From assembly GCF_963921235.1 (NCBI RefSeq), contig NC_086105.1:98332001-98396000 (forward strand): DNA of 64,000 bases. Reading direction: 5' to 3'. Positions 22,466 to 36,110 of the stretch are shown here, in pieces. Position numbers and translations under genes: made by a program. The notes beneath the pieces were generated by a model. It saw only the letters and a list, made by a program, of their open reading frames with translations. It was not told where the DNA came from and did not search any database. This DNA comes from Mobula hypostoma (lineage: Eukaryota). Position 1 is the stretch's first letter, and each line of letters begins with the position of its first letter.

Positions 22466-23637
22466 TGGCTTATTTCTCTTTCCCCCTCATTCTCTCACAC
22501 ACAGGACTCGAGTCTTTGTTTTCTGCTTCTTCCTACTACACTAGTGCCATGTTATCTCCAGAAACACACACGTGTTAATGACCATAAGCATTAAATTGGT
22601 GCCCTTTCTGGAGAGCCCAGATGATTTGCTGATGTCTGTGTTTGAGACTCACAGAGACAGCAACAAAATAATTGAGAGTTTCTTCACAAGCTCACTGATG
22701 GTAATGAATAAGAAATCCATACATCGATATATTCAGCCACCAGACATCCCGTCATTTCTCCAAGTATCTGCAATGTACATTAACCATAGCTGCCTGAATT
22801 TGATCCTTATTCCTGAACAGGGAATTCCTTAAAAAAAAATCTTTTAATGAAGCAGTGCTAAAAGTCGTGAAATTACTAATGATGAATCCTTAATGAGATT
22901 AAATGAATTCACTTCTGATGTTAAATACATGGAGATGGTAGACTCTCTCCAGTTAAGTGTGGAGGATTTACTAGCGTATTAGTTGAGGAAGTTTGAAGCC
23001 TGTGATGGGAGAGTGTGTTCGTGGGATGAAGGAAGAGGCACACACTGAGTAACAGAGGATCCGTGATTGAGGGGAGTTTACATGTACTGTGGGAGGAGAA
23101 TCAATGAGTGGAGAGAGTCTAACATTGGGCAAATGTGTATATACAGCACAGAGAGATAAAGAAAACATGATTTAAATGTTCTGCAAAATAATTATTTTTT
23201 TGAGCTGGTGGCTACAGAAGGATGGGTCTTGAAAACTGCAATAATACCTGTACCTGAAGTGGTCCCCCAAAATCAGCAGATGTCTGTAAGGCTGAGAAAA
23301 GCCCACTATGTCACGGTTATTTCAAGAGGGTGTGACAAACAGCTCAGCCCAGATGCCCGCCTGTGGCCAGTGTAAACTCCACCTCTGCACCGGCTGTGAG
23401 TAAAGGCAGGGACGTCCCTGTGCAGCACAAGCATTGAGATTTTCACCTCAGATGGTGCTACGGAAGGACAAAGCTCAACGTTCAAAGTAAATTTATTACC
23501 AGAGTACGTACATGTCACCAGATTCTACCCTGAGATTCAGTTTCTTGCAGGCATCCACATTTGAACAAAGAAATACAATAGAATCAATGAAAAACTGCAC
23601 AGAAAGACTGACAAGCAACCAGTGTTCAAAAGAAGGC

Positions 23638-25575
23638 AATCAGAATCAGGTTTAATATCATCAAAATATGTTGTGAAGTGTTGCTGTCCTTTGCAGCAGC
23701 AATACAATGCAATACATAATAATAGAAAAAATACGGATTACAGTAGGTATATATATATATATTCTAAATAATTAAATTAAATAAGTCATGCAAGAATGGA
23801 AATAAATGAAAGTAGTAATGTTCATAGTTTAAAGTCCATTCAGAAATCAGATGACAGAAGGGAAGAAGCTGTTCCTGAATTGCTGAGTGTGTGCCTTCAG
23901 ACTTCCTCATGGGAACAATGAGAACAGGGTATGTCCTGGGTGGTGGGGGTCCTTAATTATAGATGCCGCCTTTTTGAGGCTTCACTCCTTGAAGATGTCC
24001 TGGATACTACAGAGCCAAGTGTCCATGATGGAGCTGACTAAAAAAGAAGGCGGAGCTAAGTAGTTATGGCGCACAACGGCAAGTCCTTCGCTTGCATCTT
24101 CAAAAACAGTCCTATTTCCATCTTTAATATCTCTATTTTTCCCTTTCAGGGTTCTTTTGAAGACCCTGACCTGGAGTTACACGCTGACTACGGTTCTTTG
24201 AGGGATTGGGACCCGCTCTCGGCATTCCACAATCGGCCGCTATTCGGCATGCCAAAGTCTTGGCCTAAGATTTCGGCACGGTTCAGGATCTCGAGTAAAT
24301 GGAGACGGGCGGATCACGGGTCTGTGTCGCCACAGGAGACCTGTGTGTCGTTGGGGGAGTCGGAACATCTGGTGTGTGCCTGGGGACGTGGGATCTTTGC
24401 GATCTTCAGGTACAGAGCTCAAAAAAGTGACATAAAGGACTTTTAACATCGTAAACCAGAGAGTTGTTTGTTATGTCTCCCCGCTCATTGGAAAATGGAG
24501 TCACCTCTTTCTCCCTTATTAGGAGAGAGAGAGCCTGCAGCATGTCGAATTATCAGGTGAACAACGTAGTCTTTGGGGTAACTGCAAGTCTGTGTCTTTG
24601 CTATTGCTTTGCTCACACTTCAGTGCTGCTAGCGGGTGCACTTTATTTTTGCCAGTGGGGGGAGGGGGATTGTTGCTCACTGTTGCATATGCACAGGAGG
24701 GAGGGGAACTGGGGGGAACTTTGGGGTTCCAACATTTAACTGTCATTCATTCTTTGGGGCACTCCTCTGTTTTCGTAGATGGTTGCAAAGAAAAAGCATT
24801 TCAGGATGTATATTGTATACATTTCTCTGACATTAAGTGAACTTTTGAACCTTTGAACTAAGTTTACAACTCTCTGCAGCTTACGTTGATCCTGTGCAGT
24901 AGCCGCCCCCCCCCCCCCCCACCATAGCAGACAGTGATGCAGCTAGTCAGAATGCTCTTCACGGTATCTGTGGAAATTTTTGAGTGTTTCTGTTGACCTA
25001 CCAAATCTCCTCAAACTCCTAATGAAATAAAGACACTGTCGTGCTTTCTTTATAACTGCATCGTTATGTTGGGTCCAGGTTAAAGTCTCAGAGATATTAA
25101 CACCCAGGAACTTGAAATTGCTCACTCTCTCCACTTCTGATCTCCCTATGAGGACTAGTGTGCATTCCCTTGTCTCACCTTTTCTGAAGTCCCCAATCAG
25201 TTATTTGGTCTCACTGACACTGAGTGCAAAGTTGTTACCGTGACACCACTCAACTAGCTGATATATCTCACTCCTGTACGCCCTTTCGTCACCATCTGAA
25301 ATTCTACCAACACTGGTTGTATCATCAGCAAATTTATAGATGGCAATTGAGCCATGCCTAGCCACACAATCATGGGTGTAGAGAGAATAGAGCAATGGGC
25401 TAAGCATCATCCCTGAGGTGCACCAACCTTGATCATCAGTGAGGTGGAGACGTTATTCCCCATCCACACAGATTGTGGTCTTCTGGTTAGGAATTCGAGG
25501 ATCCAGTTGCAGAGGGAGGGACAGAAGCTCAGGTTCTATAGCTTTTCAACCAAAACTCTAAGAATGATTGTATTA
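23638..25575 (-). mobile_element. Rex1/Babar LINE (RT and 3' end), interrupted at 24042-24855
   Basis: LSPLLYSLYTHDCVA, YKFADDTT and FKFLGVNISE...KKARQCLYFIRSLRRFG motifs. Confidence 0.9.
24042..24855 (+). mobile_element. Non-autonomous non-LTR retroposon with Rex-like tandem tail
   Basis: Splits the Rex sequence GAGCTGACTAA|GTTTACAAC with ACTAA duplicated; CpG-rich 5' part; tail TGAACTTTTGAACCTTTGA; no coding homology recognised. Confidence 0.65.
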
Positions 25576-26016
25576 ATGCTGAAGTCTAGCCACTGTTGTG
25601 CCTTCTTTGTAGCTGCATTGATACATTGCTTTTTTTGTATTTGCACATTAAAATGTGCAAAATACCAAAAAAAATAATAAAAAATAAATATCAGATGGAT
25701 TTCCAGCATCTGCTGAATCTCTTTTGCTTCAGTAAAATAAATAATAATGAGAACAGGAGTTATAGAGCCCTTGCGGGTAAGCCCATAGTTTTTGTTGGTT
25801 GCATCTGGACAACTACATATCAAATAAGTAAAGGCACACCCTCAGAGAAGAAGTTAATACGTATATATTCAGTTTTCAGAGAGAGCAACAAATTAATGCA
25901 CATGCACAAGTTATCAGTCAATAATCAGTGCTAAGGTGAGTCATTGTGCCAAAAGAAATAGATCCATAGATTACACTTTCACCCCCTTTTGATTAATGTA
26001 ACACAAAACTGCATAT

Positions 26017-26163
26017 TAGACTAGATTAGATTATGAGGACAAGCAGTCCTCTTTTATTGTCCTTTAGTAATGCATGTATTAAGAAATGATACAATGTTCC
26101 TCCAGAATGATATCACAGAAACACAAGACAAACCAAGACTGAAAAACTGACAAAAACCACATA
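26017..26163 (-). mobile_element. 3'-tail fragment of the AAGATGGCG retroposon family
   Basis: TAGATTAGATTATGAGGACAAGCAGTCCTCTTTTATTGTC is near-identical to the tail at 33325. Confidence 0.75.
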
Positions 26164-26469
26164 TGCATATGTAACAAAACATTCAATTTCCCTTTAACAG
26201 ACCATGTCCAAATAAACACAATAACAGCATTTTCTTGATTTTTCTCTTTTTTAAAAAACAGTCCACAACTAACTTCACTATACTGAAAATCCAATCTTTT
26301 GGATGGCACTCTGCTTCTTTCAGGATAGTGCCTCTGGACACGTGGAGTGGCGTCAGGTTTGGTAGCAGTCTTGTCTAAGCCAACTTCCTCTGTTGCAGAT
26401 GTCACACTGGTGTTGGTGACATGGTCACCACTGAGAGGTAAGTCATGTGGATGCAATATGTCTGATACA

Positions 26470-26968
26470 GAAGAGAGGAAATTGTGTGGACTAGGTTAAG
26501 GCTGGGACACTGTGCATTAAACAAAACATTGAAAATGATAGGGAAACACCTGACAGGATTGTGTGATGAATGTCAGGAAGAGGAGTCAGTAGAACATGTA
26601 GTTCTGAGTTGCAGGAAGTACGAGAGACAGAGAGAGATGATGAGAATTAATCTAAGGGAATTGGGGGTGCAGGAATTCACATTAAAAGGGTTGCTGGGCA
26701 TGGGTGAGAGAGCACAGGTCGGGGTATTTTTAGCTTTCTTAAGGGCTACAGGGGTTTTTATAGGATATGATGGATAAGCAGGAATAGGGTACTACGATGG
26801 CCAAAGATGGGAGGATAAAATGTAGGTTAGGGTATGTGTGTGTGTGTGTGATTGGGTGAAGGGATTTAGAATGTAAGTCTATTGCAGACTCCGGAGTAGA
26901 AGGTGGCGGTAATGCACCACTAAGCTGGGTGCCAACCACCGTAAAACAAGATGGAGAAGAAGCAGAAG
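26470..26968 (+). mobile_element. I-group (Nimb-like) LINE 3' end inserted in the Gypsy element
   Basis: TRLRLGHCALN..L..I...C..C.EEESVEHVVLSC CCHC zinc finger; tail GGTGGCGGTAATGCACC...GAAGAAG. Confidence 0.75.
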
Positions 26969-29900
26969 TCTTGTTAAATGCAGTCAGCTCAGGCGTGTTC
27001 TTCGGTTGAACATCCAGTATCTGGTCTGCATAATGTCTCTATGTCTGATCTCCAACATCCACTGTTTACAACAGTGGTCCAGTTCTTGTAGCTATCCTAT
27101 TGGGTGTCTACTTATCTTCTCGGTCATTGTGCACAAAGATTTCCTGTCCAATCTCAAAGCTCCTCGTTGGTTTACCTGGCAACTGGCTGAACTGTTTATT
27201 CTGCACTGTCCTCCATAGATTGGGTTTCAGGAGGTCTATGAAAAGCATTGCAGGTGTTTGATTTGTCATGGCATGAACAGAGTTCCGATACACAAAGAGG
27301 AAGGTGTCCACCTTATGCTGCAGAGGAATGTCCTCCTTGCCTATCACTTTAATGGACTTGGTAAAGGTTTGGATAAACCTTTCAGATAACCCATCCATTG
27401 CTGGATGGTGAGAAGCTAAGGTGAAATATCTGATGCTATTTTTCGTCATGAATAGTCTGAGCTCCACTGACATGTATTGTGGTCCGTTGTCTCTCATAAT
27501 TTTGTCTGGTAAGCCATTTATGGAGAAGATAACCCGTCAAGAGAGGAAACAGTCTTTTCAGTATAATCTCCGGCCACTTCAAATGAGCATCCACATCAAT
27601 CAGAAGGTTGGAGTCCATGAATGGCCCAGCAAAGTCAATATGCACTCTTTGCCATGGTGAAGGCAGCCACTCACACAGGTGTAACGGAGTCTGTGGGGGT
27701 GAATTATGAACTTTGTGGCATCTTGAATAGCTTTTGGTCAAGTCTTCAATCTGTCTATTTATTCCCAGCCACCACGCGTAGCTCAAGGCGAGACCCTTCA
27801 TCTTGACTGTACCCAGGTGTCCTTCATGCAGATTCTCTAACACTCTTGTGCGCAGTTTGGCGGGAACCACAATACGAGATCCACTCATCAGTGTTCTTTG
27901 ACATACAGACAGTTGGTTTTGAACTCTGGAATCATAGGATAACCATGAGCTGGTGATCTATGATGAAGTCATAGACTTTTGACAATGTCGGGTTATTCCT
28001 CATTTCCCTTTGTATTTTGGAATTTTTTCTGAACTGGTCCTCTGATGTGGAGTGGAACACTTCTGCTGGGTCACAGTATGAAGACTTTTTTTCTTCAGTT
28101 GCCAACAGTGGAAGACATGTCAAGCAATCAGCATTGCTGTGTTGTTTGGTACTCTTGAACTCTATGTCTTAAGAGTGGGCTCCTAGGAAAAGTGCCCAAC
28201 GTTGTAATCGAGCAGCAGTCATCACTGGGATTTCTTTCCTGGGATTGAGAATGGACACAAGGGGCTGGTGATCTGTCACTGGTGTAAACTTTTGCCCATA
28301 AGGGTAATGGTGTATCTTCTTTATTCTCTATACTAGACTAAGGGTCTCTCGGCCGAACTGTGCGTATTTGCACTTTAATGGAATTGGGCGTTCAGATCCA
28401 TCTTTCATAATGTGTGACAAAACAGCTCCAATGCCATAAGGGGACACATCACATGCCAGTCTGATGGACAGCGATGGGTCGTAATGGGTGAGCAGTTCTT
28501 CTGATGTTATTAGTCTCTTTCTTTCCTTGAATGCTTTTTCACATCTTTCTGACCATTCCCACTTTGCTCCTGTCTACAATAGTATGTCCAATGGGTGCAG
28601 CACTGTCGCAAGATCTGAAAGAAACCTGTGGTAGTAGTTTACAAGGCCCAAGTATGACCTGAGTTGTGACACATTTTCCAGTTTGGGTGCCTGTAACACT
28701 GCTTCAGTCTTCTCTTGGGACTTAAGTAAGCCATGCTCGTCAATGACATGTCCACAATATGAGATTTCATTCTTGAAAAACTCACACTTCTCTCTCTTTG
28801 TATGCAATCCATATTCACTCAGCCTGGTAAGGTTCGGAGGAGCTCTTCATCATTTTTGTCAGTCACAATGATGTCCTCAAGGTAACATTGTGTTCCTGAG
28901 ATATCTTGAAATGCTTGGTCCTTTGCTCCACCAAATTGCTGGAGCTGACGCGATGCCAAAGACGAGACGATTATACTGGAAACAGTTCCTTGTGAGTGTG
29001 GATTGTGAGGAACTTCCTGCTTGACTCCTCAATCTCATTTGCAGATAGGCTTGTGACAAGTTAATCTTTCAAAACCTCTCCCCGCCTGCCAAAGATGCAA
29101 AAATGTATTCTATCCATGGCAGGGGATTCTGCACAATACGCTGCACCAGGTTGATACTCACTTTGAAATCCCGAAATATACGAACAGCTCCGACCTTCCC
29201 TTTCTTGATCACTAGGACAATGGGTGTGGCCCAATCACTCCACTCAACCTTGGAGAGAATTCCAGATGCCTCCAAGCTCAACAGTTCAGCATCCACTTTA
29301 GGATGTAGTGCATAAGGCACTGGACGCACTTTATGGAATCTTGGTGTGCTGTTTCATTCAGATCAATTCTGGCCTTCATGCCTTTGAGCTTACCAATCCC
29401 CTTCTCAAACACCTTCTCATTAGCATTAAGCAGCTGTGACAGTCTCTGATTAGTGCTACCATTTGGGCAGCAGTTGCCTTTTGATGACACATTGAGAGCT
29501 TTGATTTTGGGCTAATGTAGTTGGATTTTTCTCAACATTCCCACCTGAAAAGTATTAGCTTTTCTACACGCAAAGCTCTAACTGCTGTGTTTGGCCTCCA
29601 TGTGTCACATTCACTTTCAGCTTTTCTTTGGGAGACACTTTTTCACCTGTGCAAGTCTTCAGGATCACTGATGCCTTTTCTAATGGTAGCTTAGAAAACA
29701 GTCTGTTGTCGTTAGTCTCTGAAATTACAGACGAAGCTGACCCTGTATCCAGCTCCATTTTCAGATTTACACCAGACATATCTGTTGTGAACCAGGTGAT
29801 TTTGCAATTTACTTCAGTAGCATTATGCAGTTCTAGACTTGACAGCTCACCTTTGTCAGACTCTGTGCTAACTGATTCAGTTTCACATTCAGTCACTTTA

Positions 29901-31074
29901 CGCATTTGTTTTGTTTTCTGTTTGAATCTTTTCACTCTGTGTGTGTTTTTCTCTTTGGTTGTGCTTTTTGTCTGGCTTGCACACTCTATCTATGTGGCCT
30001 TATCTGTGGCACTTTCTGCAAACTTTTTCTTTGAATCAACCATCATTTGCATCATGGGAGGATTTGGCACATCGATAACATTTTTAGCTTTTTTGCACCA
30101 TTCAGGGATATTTTGTGTATTTGGCATTCTAAACTCTTTTTCTGTAGTTCTGCCACATCCTTTGCTTCAGTCTCTAATGATATTGCAATGGTCAATGTCC
30201 GTTCTAAGGTTAAGTTTCTTTCTGACAATAGCCTCTTTTGAATGCTTTGACTATGCATGCCACCTACAAGCCTGTCCCTTAATACATCAGAAAGTCCATC
30301 CCTAAAGTCACAGCATTGGGAAAGTTTGCACAGTTCTGCAATGAATTCAGAAATGCTTTCATCCTTTGACTGGTTCCTTTTAGGAAATCTAAAATGCTCA
30401 GCTATTATTAGCGGTTTGGGGCTCAAGGGAATTTGCAAAATTGCAACAATTTCATCAAATGCCTTGCTTGCTGGCTTTTCAGGAGTTACTAAGTTGCATA
30501 AGAGACTGTACGTTCTACCACCCATTAAGCTAAAAAGTGTAGAAACTTTCTTTAGTTCATCCACATTGTTAGCATTACAATACAGTTTAAGCCTCTCGAT
30601 ATACAATTCCCAGTCCTCACTAGGACTATCAAATTCATCAACTTTCCTGTCTAAGGCCATTGTCATGTTATTTTCACTTTAGCTTTGCTAGTTGTGCGTC
30701 CCTCACTGTGTACCGTGCACCGTTACTCACATGTCCTTTTCTAGCATCCATGACAGCCTTCTCCATATTGGTTCACTCTTTCCTCTCACTGTCTCCCTCC
30801 CTTCCTCCAAATTCTGTTGTCTCATAACTGTTGGTGCAGCTGACATTGAGGTTCATACTTGTCACCAATTTGTTGTGTCTGTACAGCTACATATCAAATA
30901 AAGAAAGCCACATACTCAGAGGTGAAGTTAACGTGCATATTCACTTTGCAGGGAGAGCAACAAATTAATACACAAGAATAAGTTATCAGTCAATAATTGG
31001 TGCGAAGGAGAGTCATTGGGGTAAAAGAAATAGATCTGTACATTACAGTGTTCAGCGATCAGCTCAGTATTATG

Positions 31075-32450
31075 GTCAGTGAAGTTATCCACCCTGGTTC
31101 AGGATCCTGATGGCTGCTGGGTGTTAACTGTTCCTGAACATGGTGGTATGGTATCTAAGGTCCCTGTACCTCCTTCTCGATGCCAGGAGAGAGAAAAGAG
31201 CACAGCCTGGATGGTGAGGGCCCTTGATGATGGGTACCGCTTTCCTGAGACACCACTCTTTGTGATCAATGGTGGGGACAGCTTTTCCAGTGATGAACTA
31301 AGCTGTATCCACCACTTTCTTTAAACTTCCTGTTCTTGAGCACTGGTGTTTCCATGCCAGGCTGGGACTCAGCCAGTCAGAATGTATAGATAGAAGTTTG
31401 TCAAAGTTTTAGATGACATGCCAAACCCGTACGAACTTCTAAGAAAGCAGAGGCACTGGGCTCAGGACACATTCTCTGATATGATAATGTCCAGGAATTT
31501 AAAGTTACTCACACTCTCACCTCTGATCCCCTAATGAGCACTGGCTCGTGGATCCCCAATTTCTTTCTCGTGTAATCAATAACCAACTCTTTGGCTTTGC
31601 TGACATTGAGTGAGAGGTTGTTGGGGTACCAATCAGCCAGATTTTCAATCTCTATCCTATATGCCAATTTATCACCTCCTGTGATTTGGCACACAATGGT
31701 ATTGCCACCAAACTTAAATATGGCATTGGAGCTGTACTTAGCCTCACAGTCATAAGTATAAAGTGAGTCGAGCAGGGGGCTAAGCACACAGCCTTGTGAC
31801 ACACCTGTGCTGATGGTGACTGTGGAGGAGATACTGTTGCCAATTTGAACAGACTGGGGTCTGCAGATAAGGAAATCAAGGATCCAGTTGCAGAAGGTGA
31901 TATTGAGGCCTAGGTCCTGGCTTCAAGGGGATGATAGTGTTGAATGTTGAGCTGCAGTCATCGAGGACCATGCATCTTCACTGTCCAGATGTTCCAGAGC
32001 TGAGTGAAGAGCCAATGAAATGGCAGCTGTTTTTCATCTGTTCAGAGAAAGGCAGGCTGGAGTGGATCCAAGTCACCGCTCAGGTAAAAGTTTATGTGCT
32101 TCATGACCAGTCTCTCAAAGCGCTTCGTCACAGTGAATGTAGGTGCTACCGGACAATAGTTATTGAGGCAAGTTACCTCACTTTTCTTGTGCGCCGGTAT
32201 AAGGGAAGCCTGTTTGAAGAAGGTGGGTATCTCAGACTGACGAAGTGAGAGGTTGAGGATGCCCATTAACACATCAGCACAGCTCTTCAGTACTCGGCCA
32301 GGTATATTGTTTGGGCCAGATGCTTTCCATGGGTTCACCTTCCTGAAGGATGCTCTCATGGTGGCCTCAGAGACTGAAATCACAGGGTCGCCAGGGGCCA
32401 TGGGAGCTCGCAAAGGTGCCTCCATGTTTTGTTGGTTAAAACAAGCATAA
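31075..32450 (-). mobile_element. Rex1/Babar LINE (RT)
   Basis: KASGPNNIPGRVLKSCA, CLNNYCPVAPT..FERLV, LDPLQ and QGCVLSPLL motifs. Confidence 0.88.
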
Positions 32451-33214
32451 AGCTCTCTCTTAACTGCATTATCAAATACTCCCAGGGCTGGAAAAGTAAG
32501 CATTAGACTTAAGGTAAAATTTCCCCTACATTCTTCCAACAAGCACTGCCGGGTCAAGTACAGCAAAGATAAAGTTCTTTCTACTCTTGACCACCGGACA
32601 GATTAGACACAGTAATGTGCTCTCAACATCATACCATCAAATACTCCCAGTTCAGGTACAAATGGTTTAGGTTCAGAGTATAACTTCCTCCATGCTGTCT
32701 CACCAGACAAACCCAGGAGAGACACAAGAGGCTGCAGCTAGAATCTGCACCAACAATCTGCTGGAAGAACTCATTGGGCTGAGCAGCATCTGTGGGAGCA
32801 AAGAAATTGTCTGATGCAGGGTTTTGGCCGAGATATCAACAATTCCTTTCCTCTGTCAAATGCTCCTTGACTCACAGAGTTGCTCTATAGCAGAGTGGTA
32901 GCTACACCCAGGAGGGATACAGCATGGATCACACTCAGTAAAGCTCCTGCTACATTGGTCTAATCTAGCACCTGAACAGTGGCTGCTGTAGGAGAATAGA
33001 CAATGGATTGTCTGTGATATGGGGTCCAGCAAAATACTGCTTCCAGGAATCAGTGTGTACATTCCAGAAGGTGGAAGATTGTACCAAATGGACAATCTGA
33101 AGCTGAGAGATGAATACAGGAATGGGAAGAAGTGAATCGATATGGTCATAGTTGACCACTTTCTGCATGACTCTCCACATTCCTCAATATCTCCAGTCTC
33201 ATTCTGATTGGCAA

Positions 33215-34790
33215 GATGTTATAAGTACTGGAGCCTCAACTATTTACAGTTTATACAAATGACTTGGGCAGAAGCACAATACCCATGGCTGCTAACTATG
33301 CTTTTAACAAAAAGGTAGAGAAATTAGATTAGATTAGATTATGAGGACACGCAGTCCTCTTTTATTGTCATTTAGTAATGCATGCATTAAGAAATGATAC
33401 AATATTCCTCCGGTGTGATATCACAGAAACACAGGACAGACCAAGACTGAAAAACTAACAAAAACCACATAATTATAACATATAGTTGCAACAGTGCAAC
33501 AATACCATAACTTAATGAAGAACAGGCCATGGGCACAGTAAAAAAGTTCAAAGTCTCTCGAAAGTCCCGCATCTCATGCAGACGGGAGAAGGAAGAAAAC
33601 TAAACCTGCCATGCCCGGCTACAGTCCCAAAACTTCAAGCCTCCGATCAGCCCTCTGACACCAAGTACTGAGCACCATCTCTGCCGAATGCTTCGACCCC
33701 AGCCCCGGTCGCCAGCAGCAGGCAAAGCCAGGGATTTTGGGGCCGTCCCTCTGGAGATTCTCTATCGCACAGTGGCAGCGGTGGCAAACCGGGCATTTCA
33801 GAAATTTTCTCCAGATGTTCCTCTGTGCTTCTCACGTCTGTCTCCATCAAATCAGAATCGTACACGGCATCCTACTTACAAATACGATGTCATTTCACCA
33901 GAGAGCTGTGCGCGCTGCATCATGCCGCCATCTTCTCCTCCTGCCTCTTCGTTGTGAAGAGAACATAACAAGATTATAAAGGGAATTAGATAGGTTAATG
34001 AGTGGGTAAATATCTGGTAAATAGAAAATAATGCAGGAAAATGTGAAATTGTCCATTTGATGGGAAAAATGAAAAAAAAAGCATGTTATCTAAATGGTAA
34101 GAAATTACAGAACTCTGAGATGCAGAGGGATTTGCATATGTAATTCAGGGAAGGCTAGCATGCAGATGCAGCATATAAAACTAGCAAAATCTGACTGTTG
34201 ATTGCGTGGGAATATTACTGTATGCAAAATCAGGGAGGCTTTGGTTCACTTATAGAAGACTTTGGTGAAACTAAAGCTGGATTACTGAGCACAGTGCTGG
34301 TCTCCTTGTTTAAGAAAGGATTTTAATGTGATAGGAACAATTAAGAGAAGCTTTACAAGATTATTACCTGGAACGTGCAGACTGTGTAATGAGGAAAGGA
34401 TGGGAAAATTAGGCTTGAGTCTGCTGAAATTTAGAGGAATGAGGGGACACTTGAGTGAAACAATTCAGACCCTGAGGGTGGATTTGGGAAGATGCTTCCT
34501 TTTGTAGAATCTGTAACTATGGAACACTGTTTCAAAAATAAGAGACCACTATTCAAGACAGAGACAGGGCATCATTTTTCTCACAGAACTTTGTCAGTTA
34601 ATTCATTTGGAGCTCTCAGTCTCAGACTGCATTGGAAGCTGTGTTTCTTGACTATTTTCATGGCAGCCATTGATAAGCGAGGGGATGAAATGTTACCATG
34701 GATTGCATGCAGATTCAGAGTACAATCCAATCAGCCGTGATCTTATTAAATTGTGGAGCAGGCTCAAAGGGGCAAATAGACTACTCCTGA
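33215..34790 (+). mobile_element. Degraded CR1 LINE, interrupted at 33325-33950
   Basis: NAGKCEIVH, YYLNG-like and LVKLKLDY..QCWSP remnants, plus the CR1 3' UTR. Confidence 0.75.
33325..33950 (-). mobile_element. Non-autonomous retroposon, AAGATGGCG family copy 1
   Basis: 5' GAGAAGATGGCGGC; 3' AATAAAAGAGGACTGCGTGTCCTCATAATCTAATCTAATCTA; homologous along its length to 36375-37035 and 63146-63785. Confidence 0.8.
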
Positions 34791-35799
34791 TCGAATTTCA
34801 AATGTGTGTTTGAATTCATATGTGTATTTTTTAGGTTTAAAATTACCATGTACTCGATCCAATTGTTATTGGAGTCCCAATGATTCCAAACTTAATTTCT
34901 GTGATAAATGGCTCTAACTTTTAGTCCATTATCCCCAACCAATCAACAGGAACAGTTGATTCCCATCTCACCTTTCCATTGCTCTTCACATCTCAGAAAT
35001 TTCAATCACTCTTTAAGTTCCAGGGAATTCTCCCTTAGATGGTGAAGTATGTGAACTATTGGAATTCAAGTTTCAATTTAGTAATTCAACACAGGTCTCC
35101 CTCCCACTCCCGCATCCCTCAGGAGATGTGGTATCAGAACTCCAGAGGTATGGTCTGAACATGGCTTGAATTGAAATGAAAGCTTAGCAGAGGTCAAAAT
35201 TGGCTATATCTTTTTCAAAGCAAAAGCAATGTGTGTTAATCTGCTCAGTGTGATATTTAATTAGTTATCACACACATGGCCCCATCTAATATTTTTCCCT
35301 TGAGGCTTCTGAGTAAGAATAAATTTTTAATGTCACATCCAATTAAACTTCCAAGTTTAAAATGAAATGTGGTTTTCTCCCCATTAAAACTTGTCACAAA
35401 TTGTAAGCTTTAAAGGAGAATTAACTTCACAACAAATCAAATCACAGTGACTAAAAGAACACTGGATGGTTGACTCAGGGAAACTGATCGTTGAAGTGCT
35501 TCGGTGTCCTGAGCAGTGAACTATTGCTTTGTATCTATCAGAGAATCATGGACACTGATGCCTTGAGACATGACAGATGTCTTCTCAAGTAACCACACAA
35601 CTTTGACAGACCCATACATTTAATCTCCCACTCCCTTTGCTTTCCCAAGACCCACAACATTTCCTTGCAAAGATTAATATTGAATTTATTTCCACTGGGT
35701 TTTTTTTTAGTCAGTGATTCTAATAATGTAAAATATCTCACTTCATCTCGTATTGATTGCTTTCATAATCACCTTTATACCACGGGCAGTAGAGTGGAG

Positions 35800-36110
35800 C
35801 CTGAATGCAGCTAGTAAAGGTGCCTCCTCACGGCTCCAGTGGCCTGAGTGCAATCCGAGCTCCGGTCCTGCCTGGGTGGTGTTGGCACATTCTACCTACA
35901 ACTACAGAGGTTTCCTCTGCATGCCCTGGTTTCCTCCCACATGCCAAAGACTTGCACATTGATAGGTCAGTCATCCACTGTATGACAGTGAAGATAGAAC
36001 CTGGGGAGGTGATGGGAATCTGGGGAGAATAGGTTGTAGCAAAAAGTGCTGAGGACTGGGAGTGCTCTGTGAGCTAGCACTGTCTTGATGGGCCAATTAG
36101 CCTCCTTTTG
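35800..36110 (+). mobile_element. Degraded V-SINE
   Basis: GGTTTCCTCTGCATGCCCTGGTTTCCTCCCACATGCCAAAGAC V-domain. Confidence 0.7.

Larger units (their letters stand above)
25797..31047 (-). mobile_element. Near full-length degenerate Ty3/Gypsy element (Mag/K02A2.6-like); LTRs at 25797-25975 and 30871-31047
   Basis: About 178-bp direct repeats; TSD TTGTT/GTGTT; degenerate PBS TGGTGACAAG (tRNA-Ser-like); PPT AAAAGGGGGTGAAAG; gag EDWELYIERL (30052-30666); protease MELDTGSAS; RT WSDWATPIV; integrase LHEGHLG..C..C and WQRVHIDFAGP. Confidence 0.92.
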
